Shown here: piece by piece, positions 15,555-25,116 of the stretch
Layout: each line of letters begins with the position of its first letter
How positions within the stretch are numbered: the stretch's first letter is position 1
NCBI GenBank assembly: GCA_023252035.1
Contig: JAHEXQ010000001.1
Location: forward strand, 1 to 48,596
From: Actinomycetes bacterium
GTDB lineage: Bacteria; Actinomycetota; Geothermincolia; Geothermincolales; JAHEXQ01
Length of the DNA: 48,596 bases
Direction of reading: 5' to 3'
The notes under the pieces: model-generated
What the model saw: the letters and a program-made list of their open reading frames with translations, nothing else
What the model was told of the DNA's origin: nothing
The model's database searches: none
Made by a program: the position numbers and the translations under genes

Positions 15555-18182
15555 CTAGAGGCCTTTGCCGTGACAGAACTTGTACTTCTTACCGCTTCCG
15601 CAGGGACATGGAGTGTTCCTTCCCACCTTGGCCGAGTGGGCTTCGGCCTGCTTGGCCCGTTTGGGCTCGCTGCCTCCGCTCGCCTCCATTACCCGCTCCG
15701 TAGGGCGCTCCTCCTGCCGAATCATCTGGACGTGGAACATGTAGCGCAGGAACTCCTCCTTGATGCCGGCGATCATCTCCTGGAAGGTATCGAAGGCCTC
15801 CGACTGGAATTCCACGACCGGGTCCCGCCCGGCGAAAGCCCGGAGTCCCACGCTGTCGCGCAGGTGGTCCATCTCGTAGAGGTGCTCGCGCCAGCGGCTG
15901 TCGATAACCCGCAGCATGACCATACGCTCGACGTCCCGGACATCGGTTCCGTCCTTTGCGAACAGCTCCTCGCGCTTGCGGTAGAGTTCCCCGGCCTCCT
16001 CGACGAAGGCGGCTACCAGCGCCTCCTGGGTGAGGCTCTCCACCTCCAGGTCATCCGGTCCAAAGCTCAGCGGGAATAGCTGCTCCACGTGGCGGAAGAG
16101 CCCCGCCAGGTCCCATTCCTCTGGGAAGGTGCCGGGATTCGTGTAGATGGACACCGCCCCCTCCACCGTCTCCTGAATCATCTCCTCCACCTGTTCGTGC
16201 AGGTTCTGGCCTTCCAGGATGCGGCGCCTCTCAGCATAGATTATCTCGCGCTGCGTGTTCATGACGTCGTCGTATTTCAGGAGGTTCTTGCGGGTCTCGA
16301 AGTTGTTGGCCTCCACGTTCTTCTGGGCGTTCTCGATGGATTTGGTCACCATGCGGTGCTCGATGGGCAGGTCCTCGGGAAAGTGCAGCCTGTCCATGAT
16401 GCCGCCGATGGTCTTGGCAGCGAAGACCCTCATGAGGTCGTCCTCCAGGGAGAGATAGAAACGCGAAGCTCCCGGGTCACCCTGCCGGCCCGAACGCCCG
16501 CGCAACTGGTTGTCGATGCGGCGGGACTCGTGGCGCTCCGTGCCCACTACGTACAGGCCTCCCGCCTCGATGACCTCCTGTTTCTCACGCTCCGCCTGTT
16601 CCATGCAAGCCTTGAAGGTTTCCTCGAACTCCTCCTCGGCGCAGGAGGTCTTGCCCGCCAGGGCCTCGCGCGCCATCAGCTCGGGGTTGCCCCCCAGCAT
16701 GATATCGGTGCCCCGGCCGGCCATGTTGGTGGAGATGGTGATCGCCCCCAGGCGTCCCGCCTGGGCCACGATGATAGCCTCCCGGTCGTGCTGCTTGGCG
16801 TTCAAAACCTCATGCGGAATTCCCTGCCGCTGCAGCATCTTGGAGAGCCGCTCCGACTTCTCGATGGAGATGGTGCCCGCCAGGACCGGCTGTCCCCTCT
16901 CGTGGCACGCCGCTATATCCTCAACCACCGCTTTGAACTTGGTCTCCTCCGTCTTGTAGATGGCGTCGTTGCGGTCATCGCGGATCATGGGCATATTCGT
17001 GGGTATGACCACGGTCTCCAGCCCGTAAGTATGCTCGAACTCGTCAGCCTCGGTCGCCGCCGTACCCGTCATGCCCGCCAGCTTCTCGTACATGCGGAAG
17101 TAGTTCTGCAGCGTGATGGTGGCCAGTGTCTGGTTCTCCTCCCTCACCTTAAGGTTTTCCTTCGCTTCCACCGCCTGGTGTAAGCCGTCGCTCCAGCGGC
17201 GGCCCGGCATGAGCCTCCCCGTGAACTCGTCCACGATGATGACCTCGCCGTCCTTCGCCACGTAGTCCACGTCACGCCGGTATAGCTCCTTGGCCTTGAT
17301 CGCGTTCTGCAGGTGGTGGACGAGCAGGGTATTCACGTCGTCGTAGAGATTGTCCATGCCCAGGATCTGCTCGACCTTGGCGATGCCCTCCTCGCTGATC
17401 CCCACGCTCATGGTCTTCTCCTCCACCTCGTAGTCCACGTCTTTCTTGAGGCGGGGAGCTATCTTGGCGAATTGGCGGTAGAGCTTGGCCGATTCCTCCG
17501 CCGCCCCCGAAATGATGAGCGGGGTGCGGGCTTCGTCTATGAGGATGGAGTCCACCTCGTCCACGATGCCGTAATGGTGCCCCCGCTGCACGACGTTGCG
17601 GATATCCACCTCCAGGTTATCCCGGAGGTAGTCGAAGCCTATCTCGTTGTTAGTGCCGTAGGTGATGTCCGCCGCATAAGCAAGACGGCGATCCGCCTTG
17701 GGCATCTGCTGCTGGATGACGCCCACGGTGAGTCCCAGTTTCCGGTAGATGGCTCCCATCCACTCGCTGTCGCGCCTGGCCAGGTAATCGTTGACGGTGA
17801 CCACGTGCACGCCTTTACCACCCAGGCCGTTCAGGTAAACCGGGAGGGTGGCTACCAGGGTCTTTCCCTCGCCGGTCTTCATCTCGGCGATCTTTCCCTG
17901 GTGGAGGACGATGCCGCCCATGATCTGGACGTCGAAGTGGCGTTGATGCAGGACCCGCCAGGCTGCCTCCCGTACCAGGGCAAAGGCCTCGGGAAGCAAC
18001 TCCTCCACGTCTTCGCCCCGCTCCAGCCGGCTGCGGAACTCGGCGGTCTTGGCGACCATCTGTTCGTCGGTTAGCTTCTTGATATCGGGTTCCCAGCGGT
18101 TCACCGCCTCGACCGTGGAAGCAAGTTCCTCGATCTTGCGCTTCTCTCCCGCTCTCAGAACCTTGGAAAACGTCTTGAACAT
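15555..18182 (-). CDS. secA: preprotein translocase ATPase SecA
   Basis: The 875-aa protein has [11 protein letters not shown], the [23 protein letters not shown] motor, and a C-terminal zinc finger [14 protein letters not shown]. Confidence 0.97.
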   Translation of the reverse strand: MFKTFSKVLRAGEKRKIEELASTVEAVNRWEPDIKKLTDEQMVAKTAEFRSRLERGEDVEELLPEAFALVREAAWRVLHQRHFDVQIMGGIVLHQGKIAEMKTGEGKTLVATLPVYLNGLGGKGVHVVTVNDYLARRDSEWMGAIYRKLGLTVGVIQQQMPKADRRLAYAADITYGTNNEIGFDYLRDNLEVDIRNVVQRGHHYGIVDEVDSILIDEARTPLIISGAAEESAKLYRQFAKIAPRLKKDVDYEVEEKTMSVGISEEGIAKVEQILGMDNLYDDVNTLLVHHLQNAIKAKELYRRDVDYVAKDGEVIIVDEFTGRLMPGRRWSDGLHQAVEAKENLKVREENQTLATITLQNYFRMYEKLAGMTGTAATEADEFEHTYGLETVVIPTNMPMIRDDRNDAIYKTEETKFKAVVEDIAACHERGQPVLAGTISIEKSERLSKMLQRQGIPHEVLNAKQHDREAIIVAQAGRLGAITISTNMAGRGTDIMLGGNPELMAREALAGKTSCAEEEFEETFKACMEQAEREKQEVIEAGGLYVVGTERHESRRIDNQLRGRSGRQGDPGASRFYLSLEDDLMRVFAAKTIGGIMDRLHFPEDLPIEHRMVTKSIENAQKNVEANNFETRKNLLKYDDVMNTQREIIYAERRRILEGQNLHEQVEEMIQETVEGAVSIYTNPGTFPEEWDLAGLFRHVEQLFPLSFGPDDLEVESLTQEALVAAFVEEAGELYRKREELFAKDGTDVRDVERMVMLRVIDSRWREHLYEMDHLRDSVGLRAFAGRDPVVEFQSEAFDTFQEMIAGIKEEFLRYMFHVQMIRQEERPTERVMEASGGSEPKRAKQAEAHSAKVGRNTPCPCGSGKKYKFCHGKGL

Positions 18183-18191
18183 GTCAGGGAG

Positions 18192-19532
18192 CTATTGCTC
18201 CTCGTCCTTCCAAATCTCCTGGAAAGAGGTGTCTAGGTCCTCCTCGAAGAACTTGGCCTTCTCCCGCCTCTCGCGGAGGGGCGGCCTTCCTTGCCGCGCC
18301 TCTCTCCTCCTCGATAGTACCGCGTTGAGAGCGCGCAATACCACCGAATCGTATAACGTCCCGCGCTCCATGCTCATCTCGTTGATGATGGCCCCGGGGT
18401 CCGCACCGACTCCCGCTTCCTGCGCCAGGTGGTCGTAAGCGCAGACCACGTTGAGGATACGCGCAGCGGTGGGAATGGCCCGGGCCGGTCCCTCCTCCAC
18501 CTCCCGCTGTTCCGCGCTGAGAATGTTGGAAACTCCTTCCAGCCCGGGTATCCCACGCAGAAGTTGCGCGCCCTTGGCGCGATAATCGGGCGCGGCGGCG
18601 CCTTCCACCTTGCCGATGTCGTCCAGGGCCGCAGCGAAGCGCAAGTCGCGTATCTCGTCCTCGGAGACGCCCATCTCGCGCGCCACGTCCAGGGAGAGGC
18701 TCGTCACCCGGGCCGAGTGGCCGTCATCCCCCCAGGCCAGCTCCGTCACGCCGGACACCGCCTGCACGGTCTGCAGCAGCCGGTCGTCCAGCCGCTTGTC
18801 GGTGTTGGATTCCGCCATCACGAGGAAGAGCGGCAGCAGGAACAGGACGAAGTTGAGCCAGGGTATTCTCGGGAAGTAGAGCGCCATCAGGAATCCCGAG
18901 GCCGCGATAGCGGCATAGACCGGGAAGGTCTTCCTGCTCTGGTGCGGCAGCAGGCTCTTCCAGTTCCCCGAGCGCGCCGCCCCCGTCTCCAGAGCCGATG
19001 TGATCATCTCACCCAGATAATAGACCAGGGCCATGACCGTAAAGGCGATGGGGAATATGAGGGCTCTCTGGGTTATCACCGGGTTGTAATAAGGATACTG
19101 TGTGCTGTAGGTGGGAAGGTACAACCTCCACTCCAAGCGGTTGCCGCCCAGGTTGGCTATCAGATGGTAGAAGAGGCCGGCCAGGCCCACCAGGTAGGTG
19201 CGCTGGATGATGTGGTAAAAATCTCCCTTGCTGATACGCTGCATCTTGGTGACGAGCCGCCCGCCCATGCTCCCTATGAAGAATATCCAGAGCACCTCCG
19301 GCAGCGGCCGGATGGCCACGATGCAGAGCATGACGGCCATGCCCAGGCGCATAGGCCTGCCCCAGGGGAACTTGATGCGGAAGGCCTCAGCAAAGGCCAG
19401 GAGGGCCATGAGGCCTATGGTCCGCACGAGGTCCAGGTTCGTGAACTTGATGCGCGTGGCCGCGAAGATGAGCACGGCGGCGCAGATGATGCCCGAGAGG
19501 ACGCGCATGAGAGTGAGTCGTCTATCGTCCAT
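18192..19532 (-). CDS. multi-pass membrane protein with degenerate (probably non-catalytic) HD-GYP-like domain
   Basis: An N-terminal polytopic region is followed by HSARVTSLSLDVAREMG...AALDDIGKV, in which HD has become DD. No HHExxDGxGYP segment is present. The ATG at 19532 follows GGAGGAG and overlaps the upstream stop by 11 nt. Confidence 0.65.
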   Translation of the reverse strand: MDDRRLTLMRVLSGIICAAVLIFAATRIKFTNLDLVRTIGLMALLAFAEAFRIKFPWGRPMRLGMAVMLCIVAIRPLPEVLWIFFIGSMGGRLVTKMQRISKGDFYHIIQRTYLVGLAGLFYHLIANLGGNRLEWRLYLPTYSTQYPYYNPVITQRALIFPIAFTVMALVYYLGEMITSALETGAARSGNWKSLLPHQSRKTFPVYAAIAASGFLMALYFPRIPWLNFVLFLLPLFLVMAESNTDKRLDDRLLQTVQAVSGVTELAWGDDGHSARVTSLSLDVAREMGVSEDEIRDLRFAAALDDIGKVEGAAAPDYRAKGAQLLRGIPGLEGVSNILSAEQREVEEGPARAIPTAARILNVVCAYDHLAQEAGVGADPGAIINEMSMERGTLYDSVVLRALNAVLSRRREARQGRPPLRERREKAKFFEEDLDTSFQEIWKDEEQ

Positions 19533-21177
19533 GGCTCTCCTCCCCGGGTTCGCCCTCGAAATCGGGGCGCGGCGCCTTGGCGTTCTCCCCCGGCGGTTGC
19601 GGCTCTGCGGGTGGAGCCGGTGATACATCCTCCTTCGCCTGCGCCCGCGGCGGAGCTTCCTCTTCCTCGCTCAAGGCTTGGCGCTCAGCGCTCTCGCGCA
19701 TCTGCCGCCGTTCCCGGAGTTCCCGGCGCCTTCTCTCGGTGTTGCTCTCGCGCCGGGTGAGCCGCGTTTTCCGCAAACTCCCGGCCTTCTCCTTCAGGCG
19801 CGGCCCTATGATGGCGATCTCCTCCGGCTCGAGCCCCTCTGCCTCCACCTCGGCGCCAGCCTCGGGAGCAAACACGGCTTGCCGGCGTACCTCCTCCAGT
19901 GCGGCGAGAAAGGCCCCGGTCACGGCTTCATCGTAATGGACGCCCGCGCTCTGCCTTATCTCGGCCACGGCTACCTCGTGGCTCTTCGGACCCCTCCAGG
20001 GCCTCGGGCTGACCATAGCGTCATAGGCATCCGCCAGGGCTATGATACGAGCTCCAAGGGGAATGGTATCCGCGGCCAGGCCGTCGATGTAGCCGCCGCC
20101 GTCGTACTGCTCGTGGTGGTGCTGGATGGACTCGGCTTGTCCCTGCAGGAAATCGATGGCCTCCATGTGCTGTGCGCTCTCCAGCGGGTGCCGCTTCACC
20201 AGTTCGAATTCATCCTCGTCGAGCTGTCCCTTTTTGGTCAGAACCTGCAGCGGCACGGCGGCCTTGCCGATATCATGCAGCAACGCGGTGTAGTAGAGGC
20301 GGCTAACCTCGTAGGCATTCATCCGCAGATGTTTTCCCGTTATGGCGGCGAGGGAAGCTACGCGCTCGGCGTGCCCCTCCAGGTAGGGTTCGCGCTTCTC
20401 CACATACTTGACCAGGGCGCCCACGCCCTGGTCATAGGCCTTGCGAAGCACCAGGTTCCTGCCGCTGAAATACCAGGCCGCGGCGAGCAGGACCAGAAAG
20501 GCGCCCAGCCCGAAAGCTCCCCTGGCCGCCTCGCTCCACCTACCCAGCACCTCCCCGGTCTCCAGGTCCAGGTGAAAAGCGTTCTGGGCGAAGATGATGC
20601 CGGCCGTCAATCCCACCAGCGCATAGACCAGTTGGTTTACGACCATGAGGAGGTTGGCCCGGCGGTAGAAAGCCTGCAGGGGCCGGTTCTTCTCCCAACT
20701 GGTAACGATGGCCACCTGGACGGAGTTAACGACATAGAATACCAGCGTGGCCAGCAGGATCAGCGGGATGGCCTCGAAGCCCTGTCTCAGGGTGAAAAAC
20801 TGGTGGTGGCCGCCCAGTGCGTAGTAGACGAAGGAGGCGGCCGATACCGACAGCGCGTACTGGAGGCCGTTGAAGGCCATGCGCCACGGATCACGCCGGC
20901 TGCCTCCGCGCAGCGAAACGGCTCCGAAGAGGGCGACGAGCGCCGCCGTTATCCCGTTCAAAGCGACGATGGCCCCGATGAGCGGGATGAGCGTGTAGGT
21001 GGTCTTGGTGCCGCCTTCACCCCGGTCTCCCAGGGTTTCGGCCAGTACGGTGATGATGCCGAAAAGCACCAGGGAGAACCATAAGACATGCTGATGGCCA
21101 GCAGTAGCCCGGTAGGCTATCACGCCAACCACGGCCGCCGCCTGGGCGGCCATCAGTGCTTTCAGTTTCCCTTGCAT
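19522..21177 (-). CDS. membrane-anchored HD-GYP domain protein (putative c-di-GMP phosphodiesterase)
   Basis: HAERVASL...ALLHDIGK...RHP...HHHEQYDGGGYIDGL...ALADAYDAM are present after ~7 predicted TM helices, followed by an E/R/A-rich tail. The ATG at 21177 (MQGKLK) lies 5 nt after GGAGG. Confidence 0.8.
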   Translation of the reverse strand: MQGKLKALMAAQAAAVVGVIAYRATAGHQHVLWFSLVLFGIITVLAETLGDRGEGGTKTTYTLIPLIGAIVALNGITAALVALFGAVSLRGGSRRDPWRMAFNGLQYALSVSAASFVYYALGGHHQFFTLRQGFEAIPLILLATLVFYVVNSVQVAIVTSWEKNRPLQAFYRRANLLMVVNQLVYALVGLTAGIIFAQNAFHLDLETGEVLGRWSEAARGAFGLGAFLVLLAAAWYFSGRNLVLRKAYDQGVGALVKYVEKREPYLEGHAERVASLAAITGKHLRMNAYEVSRLYYTALLHDIGKAAVPLQVLTKKGQLDEDEFELVKRHPLESAQHMEAIDFLQGQAESIQHHHEQYDGGGYIDGLAADTIPLGARIIALADAYDAMVSPRPWRGPKSHEVAVAEIRQSAGVHYDEAVTGAFLAALEEVRRQAVFAPEAGAEVEAEGLEPEEIAIIGPRLKEKAGSLRKTRLTRRESNTERRRRELRERRQMRESAERQALSEEEEAPPRAQAKEDVSPAPPAEPQPPGENAKAPRPDFEGEPGEESHGR

Positions 21178-21360
21178 AAGAACCTCCAGGGGGACTGGAT
21201 CACCAGCGAAAGGTCGCACCCTTTCGCACGAGCTGGTCGAGCAGTCTGCTTATCATCTCAACAAACCGTTTCATGTTCCTCCGTACTACGTACCTGTCCC
21301 CGTACACGGGAAAAGCGTACATCTGTACCCGACACCGGGCTTGTTCGCCTTCAGCCTCCC

Positions 21361-21903
21361 TTAACCCTCCGGCTCTATGAGGCCGTAATTGCCGTCCCGG
21401 CGTTTATAGACGACATTGGTATCGCCGGTGTCCGCGTTGATAAAGACGTAAAAAGTGTGTCCCAACAGGTCCATCTGGAGAGCGGCTTCCTCCGGCGTCA
21501 TGGGCTTCAGAGCAAAGCTCTTGCTCCGCACGATCCTGAACTCCTCCTCGGCCTCTTCCTGCGCCGGTGCCGTCGCCTTCCGCGAATTGCCGCCGTGCTG
21601 AGCACGGTCTATGACCTTCGCCTTCATCTGCTTTATGCGCCGCTCCAGTTTATCGGTCACCAGATCGATGGCCTGGTACATATCACTGGCGGATTCCTTG
21701 GCCCGTATGAGTGGCCACGAGGAGTGGATGGTCACCTCGACCACCTGGTTATCCTGTATCTTGGGATTCTTCTCGACGCTCATCACGATCTCGGTCTTGA
21801 TGATACGGTCGAAATAGCGGGTCACCTTGCTTACCTTCTCCACGGCGTGGTCGTGGAGCGGGTCAGTAACATTGATGTTCCTGCCCTTCACTATCATCTG
21901 CAT
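21361..21903 (-). CDS. hpf: ribosome hibernation-promoting factor, long form
   Basis: MQMIVKGRNINVTDPLHDHAVEKVSKVTRYF is the S30AE N-domain. The C-terminal dimerisation domain is FALKPMTPEEAALQMDLLGHTFYVFINADTGDTNVVYKRRDGNYGLIEP. AAGGAG lies 8 nt upstream of the start. Confidence 0.93.
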   Translation of the reverse strand: MQMIVKGRNINVTDPLHDHAVEKVSKVTRYFDRIIKTEIVMSVEKNPKIQDNQVVEVTIHSSWPLIRAKESASDMYQAIDLVTDKLERRIKQMKAKVIDRAQHGGNSRKATAPAQEEAEEEFRIVRSKSFALKPMTPEEAALQMDLLGHTFYVFINADTGDTNVVYKRRDGNYGLIEPEG

Positions 21904-21931
21904 GTATGGACTCCTTTTCCTCCGCTTTGGG

Positions 21932-21966
21932 AAAAGCCCCGAATCCGCCCAAGCGTATTACGGGGC
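21932..21966 (-). terminator. terminator/attenuator-like hairpin 30 nt upstream of the hpf start
   Basis: The minus strand reads GCCCCG-(UAAUA CGC UUGG GCG GAUU)-CGGGGC followed by UUUU. Confidence 0.4.
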
Positions 21967-22128
21967 ACCTTAACATCTTATCTTCCGCCGAAAACCAGCT
22001 AATGCCAATCTCCTGCCTATCTCCTGCGAAAAATCAGCCTAGCATAACGATAACTGGCCTGTCCAGCCGGCACACCTGGCTCCAGGAGCCGCAAACCAAT
22101 GGGCTGTTCTCCTCGCTCCTCCTGTTAT

Positions 22129-22363
22129 GAGGGGGCTCCGGTACCGGCTGACCTGGTCTTTTCCCCCACACTCGCCTGCTGAGCGTTCCGCAGCGGCGGC
22201 CGTGTTACGGGCCCTTCCGCCACTCCAGCGCTTCTCCAGCTTAGGCCGGGCAGGTCTTACCCCTAAGCCGCACTATGCTCACTAACGAGATGTTAGCTTA
22301 CGTGGGTCGTTTAGCCTGCGACTGGCATCGACTTTCAACCACAGACCCGGGCCGGAACCCCTC
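22129..22363 (-). ncRNA. ~235-nt structured leader domain upstream of hpf (candidate raiA-motif-type RNA)
   Basis: 5' GAGGGGUUCCGG (22363-22352) pairs with CCGGAGCCCCCUC (22141-22129) as 12 bp with one bulge. This encloses several nested GC helices and a GCUUAGG/CCUAAGC alternative pairing. The domain starts 6 nt after a TATAAT box and lies between comFC and hpf, where raiA-motif RNAs are reported. Confidence 0.35.
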
Positions 22364-22368
22364 GAAAA

Positions 22369-22374
22369 ATTATA
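22369..22374 (-). promoter_or_regulatory. -10 box (TATAAT) for the hpf leader transcript
   Basis: This is an exact TATAAT on the minus strand. The first purine 6 nt downstream (G22363) is the first base of the leader's closing helix. The -35 is not convincing. Confidence 0.35.
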
Positions 22375-22395
22375 CCATGGAGCGCAGATGGACTT

Positions 22396-22558
22396 AGTGT
22401 CCCTTCCCATAAATACGGTGACGCACCGGGAGCGCCTAGGCGCCGCGCCGGCAAGGCGCGCGACCGAAGTCGTACTCTTAGTACGTCGAGGGAGTGGAAC
22501 ACAGCCGGCGTGGATGGATTGGCGTTCGAATGCCAGCGTATTTATGGGAAGGGACACT
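22396..22558 (-). repeat. 163-nt palindrome-ended element, copy 2 (inverted relative to copy 1)
   Basis: It has perfect 21-bp terminal inverted repeats AGTGTCCCTTCCCATAAATAC / GTATTTATGGGAAGGGACACT. The interior matches copy 1 in reverse orientation, with loop indels and point changes. Confidence 0.85.
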
Positions 22559-22621
22559 TAGTGCCGGGAGTTGTTGATGGACCGTCTGGCGAAGGTGCTC
22601 TACCAGAGTCGCTCGGAGGCC

Positions 22622-22864
22622 TTAACGCAGGTGCTCTACCAGCATGCAGTGCACGAGGATCATGCTTGCTACCTCTTCGCTGGGGACGGAATAGGTCTCC
22701 TCTTTCAGGGACTGCTTGAGATCGTGTACGAGATCCCGGCGCACCGTAGGGTATATGCCTACCCTGGCCAACAGCCTTTCCACAGCGGAGCGGCTCTCCC
22801 CCTTCATGGAATTCGCGGCGAGGGCGTCCAGCGCATCGTAGATATCTCTCTGTGATACTCTCAT
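22622..22864 (-). CDS. small FlgM-like protein (putative anti-sigma factor family)
   Basis: The 80-aa protein has a segment LKQSLKEETYSVPSEEVASMIL that resembles the FlgM C-terminal helix pattern (I..G.Y.VD.E.IA.K.L). Its position between comFC and hpf matches the Bacillus-type order. The call rests on the motif only. Confidence 0.4.
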   Translation of the reverse strand: MRVSQRDIYDALDALAANSMKGESRSAVERLLARVGIYPTVRRDLVHDLKQSLKEETYSVPSEEVASMILVHCMLVEHLR

Positions 22865-23020
22865 CGCTCTTCGTTCCCCACGTTTTTGTCAGCTTTGCGC
22901 TCAATTAATTTATCGTCAGCGGGTAAGGCGACCTGAAGTCCGATTTGATGCCCTGACCAGGTTGACAAAAAGGCCAGACCCTGTTGTTAACCTGGCTCTT
23001 CACCCGGTAGTGGGTCAGTT

Positions 23021-23893
23021 TCAATCCAAAAGCGCCGCGATTTCTTCTAGCGTCCAGACGTGATCTGCTACGCCCGCTTCCATTGCCGGTGTGCGCGGAT
23101 ACGGATTCGCAAGGCTCTTGTGGGGCCGTGCGAAGTTGTAGTGCATGAAGTGAAGGCTGACCGCGCAGGCAAGATTCTCGGCCTTCTTCGAGAACGCATT
23201 GGTTAGACGAGTAAACCGCCGCATACCCATGCGCATTGTTAGATCCTGCCGCTCGACATAGGAAGTCGATATGTGATCGGGGTCCGGCTTGCCCGTGATG
23301 ATCTTTGTCTTAGTGCCCACATAATCGGCTGGAGAATAACGCTTCTGTCCCTCCGGCTCATTCCCATAAAGCTTGTGGAGCATCGCATAATCTATGTTTG
23401 CACCGAAAGCCCTCTCGACAGAGTTCAGATAAGCCCTGTGGCCGTCTGTCGTAAGCTGGACGGGGTTGCGGAGCCGCGAGGCTACCTCGGACACAAAGAG
23501 AGTTGCATCTTCACCATCGCGCTTGCCCACAAGCCAAGAGGGAACCAGCTTAGTGCCAGCATCAAGCGCAACCCAGGTCCAAATATCCCCGTAGCCGAAC
23601 TCGCCAGCGTGTTCTTCGGGAACGTTCTTCGCCTTGGAATAGACGAAGCTCCATATCTCGTCGAATTGAAGACGCTTACAAGGCAGCTCGCGCAGGACTT
23701 TGTCCTGGTATTCGGAGCAGGCCCGGCCAAGATCAACGAGCAGTTTGGTTGCGGTGTTCTTAGCCGCTCCTGTAATGCGCACTGTCGCCCGGATGCTCAT
23801 TCCCTCAGCAAGACACCCGATGATCTGTGCGCGCTTCTCAGTCGACAGCCGGTTCATACTGACCATTATACTTGAGCGGTCTAGCTTCGCCAA
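23021..23893 (-). CDS. IS1-family DDE transposase
   Basis: An N-terminal HTH is present (MNRLSTEKRAQIIGCLAEGMSIRATVRITG). The DDE context reads LQFDEIWSFV, LTTDGHRAY and STSYVERQDLTMRMGMRRFTRLTNAFSKK...HYNFARPH. The stop codon lies inside the left IR. Confidence 0.88.
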   Translation of the reverse strand: MAKLDRSSIMVSMNRLSTEKRAQIIGCLAEGMSIRATVRITGAAKNTATKLLVDLGRACSEYQDKVLRELPCKRLQFDEIWSFVYSKAKNVPEEHAGEFGYGDIWTWVALDAGTKLVPSWLVGKRDGEDATLFVSEVASRLRNPVQLTTDGHRAYLNSVERAFGANIDYAMLHKLYGNEPEGQKRYSPADYVGTKTKIITGKPDPDHISTSYVERQDLTMRMGMRRFTRLTNAFSKKAENLACAVSLHFMHYNFARPHKSLANPYPRTPAMEAGVADHVWTLEEIAALLD

Positions 23894-23991
23894 GCATTTT
23901 CGTCAGATTCATGCGAAACGATCTTTTCTTGGATGGAAGCGTTCTTAGGGCGGCCGAAGTTGGCCGCCCTAAGAAGTGATATGCATTACGG

Positions 23992-24207
23992 TTAGAGTTT
24001 GCGCAATTGTACCGTATGCCGCTGGCCCTTACTGTCCATAACCCGTGCCTTGTGTCTTTCAATGGGTGACGGAATACGAGAACTTGCGCTTCCCAATCCC
24101 ATTTCGCTTAGTTTATCGTAAAGTTCCAGCTCTTCCTTCAATTTATCGGGGTCGATGCGTGGATTGGTTTTAATTATCTGCGCCAAATCGATGGGCTTAA
24201 CCATCAC
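23992..24207 (-). CDS. hypothetical 71-aa protein (IS passenger gene 3)
   Basis: The ORF starts 15 nt after the protease stop, with AAGGGGG upstream. It is followed by the 12-bp-stem hairpin 23944-23973. No family is recognised. Confidence 0.5.
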   Translation of the reverse strand: MMVKPIDLAQIIKTNPRIDPDKLKEELELYDKLSEMGLGSASSRIPSPIERHKARVMDSKGQRHTVQLRKL

Positions 24208-24222
24208 GGCCCCCTTTCTTCA

Positions 24223-25116
24223 TCAGAGAAATGGATTGAAATCGCATTTCGTATGCACAACTCCTAGAGCCCCTATTTTACCCACGTAATCGTCTAGCAA
24301 ATCATGGTATCTGCGAACTTTATTATCCAAATCTATATCGGCACCGAAGTCTTCGATCCTCAGCTTGAGGTCTCGCTCCAGGACATCTCTTGAGATCCCA
24401 TGACCATGCGAATGCCATCTGGCCGCGTCACTCAGCTCTGTTCCCACCATAATGGCTATATCTTTTCGCATCTTGTGGGTTACTTTTAGGTTTCGTTTCT
24501 CTGTTGTTTTCCAATGCTTGAGTTTGTACACTACCAACCATTCTTCAACCATTGCAACAGATAGTTGTCTTGCCTGCTCGTATTGGTATAATTCTGCTTG
24601 ATCGAAACACCGCAATAATATCTGCAGTTCCGCCCCCGTTAATGTTTGCTGCTGCGCCTTTTCTAGAAGACTCTCATATCTTTCAAGATAGCCAAGTGCT
24701 GGGAGCAATTTACCATCCGGCCCCGCCAACTGCGGGTCAATTGGACCAAGCCTAGAATAATAATCCATAAATATGGCATCACCCGACATAACCAATACGG
24801 TTCCGGCAGAGAATGCATAATCGGGAACAACAAAATCAACGCGCTTATAATGTTTCCGAAGGACATCAACTATGCGGCGAACCACTTCGACATCGCCGCC
24901 TAGCGTTGTTAGCACAAAAACAAGATTCTTCGCAGCATCTGGCTCAGCATAACGTGTCTAAATAGCGGTGCGGACCAGGCTGTCAACGCCGGAAATTAGA
25001 GGCCCGCTTAACCCTAACGCATGTCCCTTGAAATGTCGCTCCAGTGCTTTGATTCGAGTGTTCAGTTCTTGTTCGAGAAAATCATTTGCACTACGCGGAG
25101 TCGGGGCGACCATCAT
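24223..25116 (-). pseudogene. SDH-family / ClpP-fold serine proteinase interrupted by one in-frame TAG (IS passenger gene 2)
   Basis: Track ORFs 24958..25146 and 24223..24915 share one frame, separated only by TAG at 24960-24958. The joined sequence carries LVFVLTTLGGDVEVV and the nucleophile context VPDYAFSAGTVLVMSGD...LGPIDPQ. The start ATG at 25116 overlaps the upstream stop (ATGA). Confidence 0.7.

Noticed and set aside
22129-22363. RNase P RNA or 6S RNA identity for the structured hpf leader, prompted by GGUUGAAAGUCG resembling the GAGGAAAGUCC box.
   Set aside because: The other universally conserved RNase P blocks (the AGGGUGAAA..GGUAAG region and ACAGAA.CCGGCUUA) are absent. The length and helix layout also do not fit either family.
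24958-24960. Recoding of TAG (pyrrolysine or suppression) as an explanation for the two in-frame amber codons.
   Set aside because: TAG is used as the ordinary terminator of clearly complete genes in this window, for example the response regulator (1032-1034), rdgB (3752-3754) and the CDF-like gene. No Pyl genes are visible here. Nonsense mutation is the simpler explanation.
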